Made by a program: the position numbers and the translations under genes. Below are positions 63,280-64,000 of a stretch of 64,000 nt of DNA, piece by piece; position 1 is the first letter of the stretch; every line of letters starts with the position of its first letter. Source of the stretch: Raillietiella orientalis. Its lineage: Eukaryota. A model generated the notes under the pieces. The model was not told the DNA's origin. It saw only the letters and a list, made by a program, of their open reading frames with translations, and did no database searches. The DNA lies in the NCBI GenBank assembly GCA_036172245.1, contig JAYWIR010000007.1, forward strand, positions 4,030,001 to 4,094,000, in the 5' to 3' direction.

Positions 63280-64000
63280 AGATGGGAGTGGGACATGCAT
63301 GAGGACCGACGACTCCTTCTCCAGAGGGAGCTTCCCGTCCCTCCCGACCCTGGACTCAGGAAGGCAATTGTGGCGGAGCCTGTGAAGGGCAACCAGAAGG
63401 CAATGGAGCTATTTTTAGTGCTTCGTCGGGGAGGGCAGGCCTGGACGCTGGTCCTAGTAGCCGGGCACAGTGTTCCGCACGCGGATGAACCCGCTGCCAA
63501 GGAAAGCGCGACCCCACAGAGCCAGGAGACACCAGTCTTCGGCGAGCGCTTCGCCCGTGGCGCGCGCCAGAAGGCTTCCGTCGGTGTGGTTCGGACCCCA
63601 CTGCGCCAGAGGAAGGTGAACACACATCCCGGAGGTGACGACCTCCTCAGGCACGACTGTGAGCTGAAAGTTGGTAGGGGGTGGTGACTTCCGGTGGAGG
63701 AAGTGACACTCCTTCTGCATGAAGCGCGTAGGGAGCTCTCCTTGGGTCCTGGAGGCCCCGCAGCGCCAGTCCGACCTCCGCGCCTCCTCTCCACCTCGAG
63801 GAACGGACGGCACCTCGGGCTTATGCAAGGCGACCAACGGGCCGGGACGCATCAGAGCGTTCCTGAAGGAGGACAGGGGAAAAGGGGGTGGGGAGGGGGG
63901 GTAGGAACAAACGGCTGGCCCACGGCGCATTCCACTGAGCTTTGGGTGCTCACCCAGAGCTGTCTCCGAGAGACACCATCTGTGAGGCGTTTGCCCTGTG
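63280..64000 (+). mobile_element. Fossil Ty3/gypsy integrase region (zinc-binding plus core), running off the window end
   Basis: EDRRLLLQRELPVPPDPGLRKAIVAEPVKGNQKAMELFLVLRRGGQAW (~dgll...rlvVP...lR..il.e.H..H.g..kt...lr...yW), then MKRVGSSPWVLEAPQRQ (~f.r.G.P..i.sD.g.qF), KATNGPGRIRAFLKE (~PqtNG..Er....lK) and LGAHPEL (~tg.sP.el). Confidence 0.55.

Overview
Eukaryotic (invertebrate, probably panarthropod-like) GC-rich genomic DNA. Stop codons are scarce, so nearly all ORFs in the six-frame track are spurious. One host gene is well supported: a minus-strand jelly belly (jeb)-like secreted ALK-ligand gene. Its signal-peptide exon (17167..16627) joins in phase, across a 13.5 kb GT-AG intron, to an LDL-receptor class A exon (3123..2966), giving ...YDVPVI-E-CPIIDQVERVPCPSP...CMFYKS. 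Its terminal exon is unresolved. The rest is mostly old transposon fossils recognisable only by motif order: an APE-RT-RNaseH LINE (~36.0-39.8 kb, -), an R2-like RLE retroelement (~40.2-41.7 kb, +), a DIRS-like tyrosine-recombinase retrotransposon (~49.5-54.4 kb, -) with nested insertions, a Ty3/gypsy integrase (~63.3-64.0 kb, +), a PIF/Harbinger transposase (~6.1-6.5 kb, -) and smaller RT fragments. Also present: a three-copy tRNA-derived SINE-like family with an internal 40-bp minisatellite, a ~200-bp-arm inverted repeat, microsatellites and many poly-G/C runs. All protein-family calls come from remembered motif consensus, not database searches. I found no CRISPR array, intact RNA gene or clearly novel multi-gene system.
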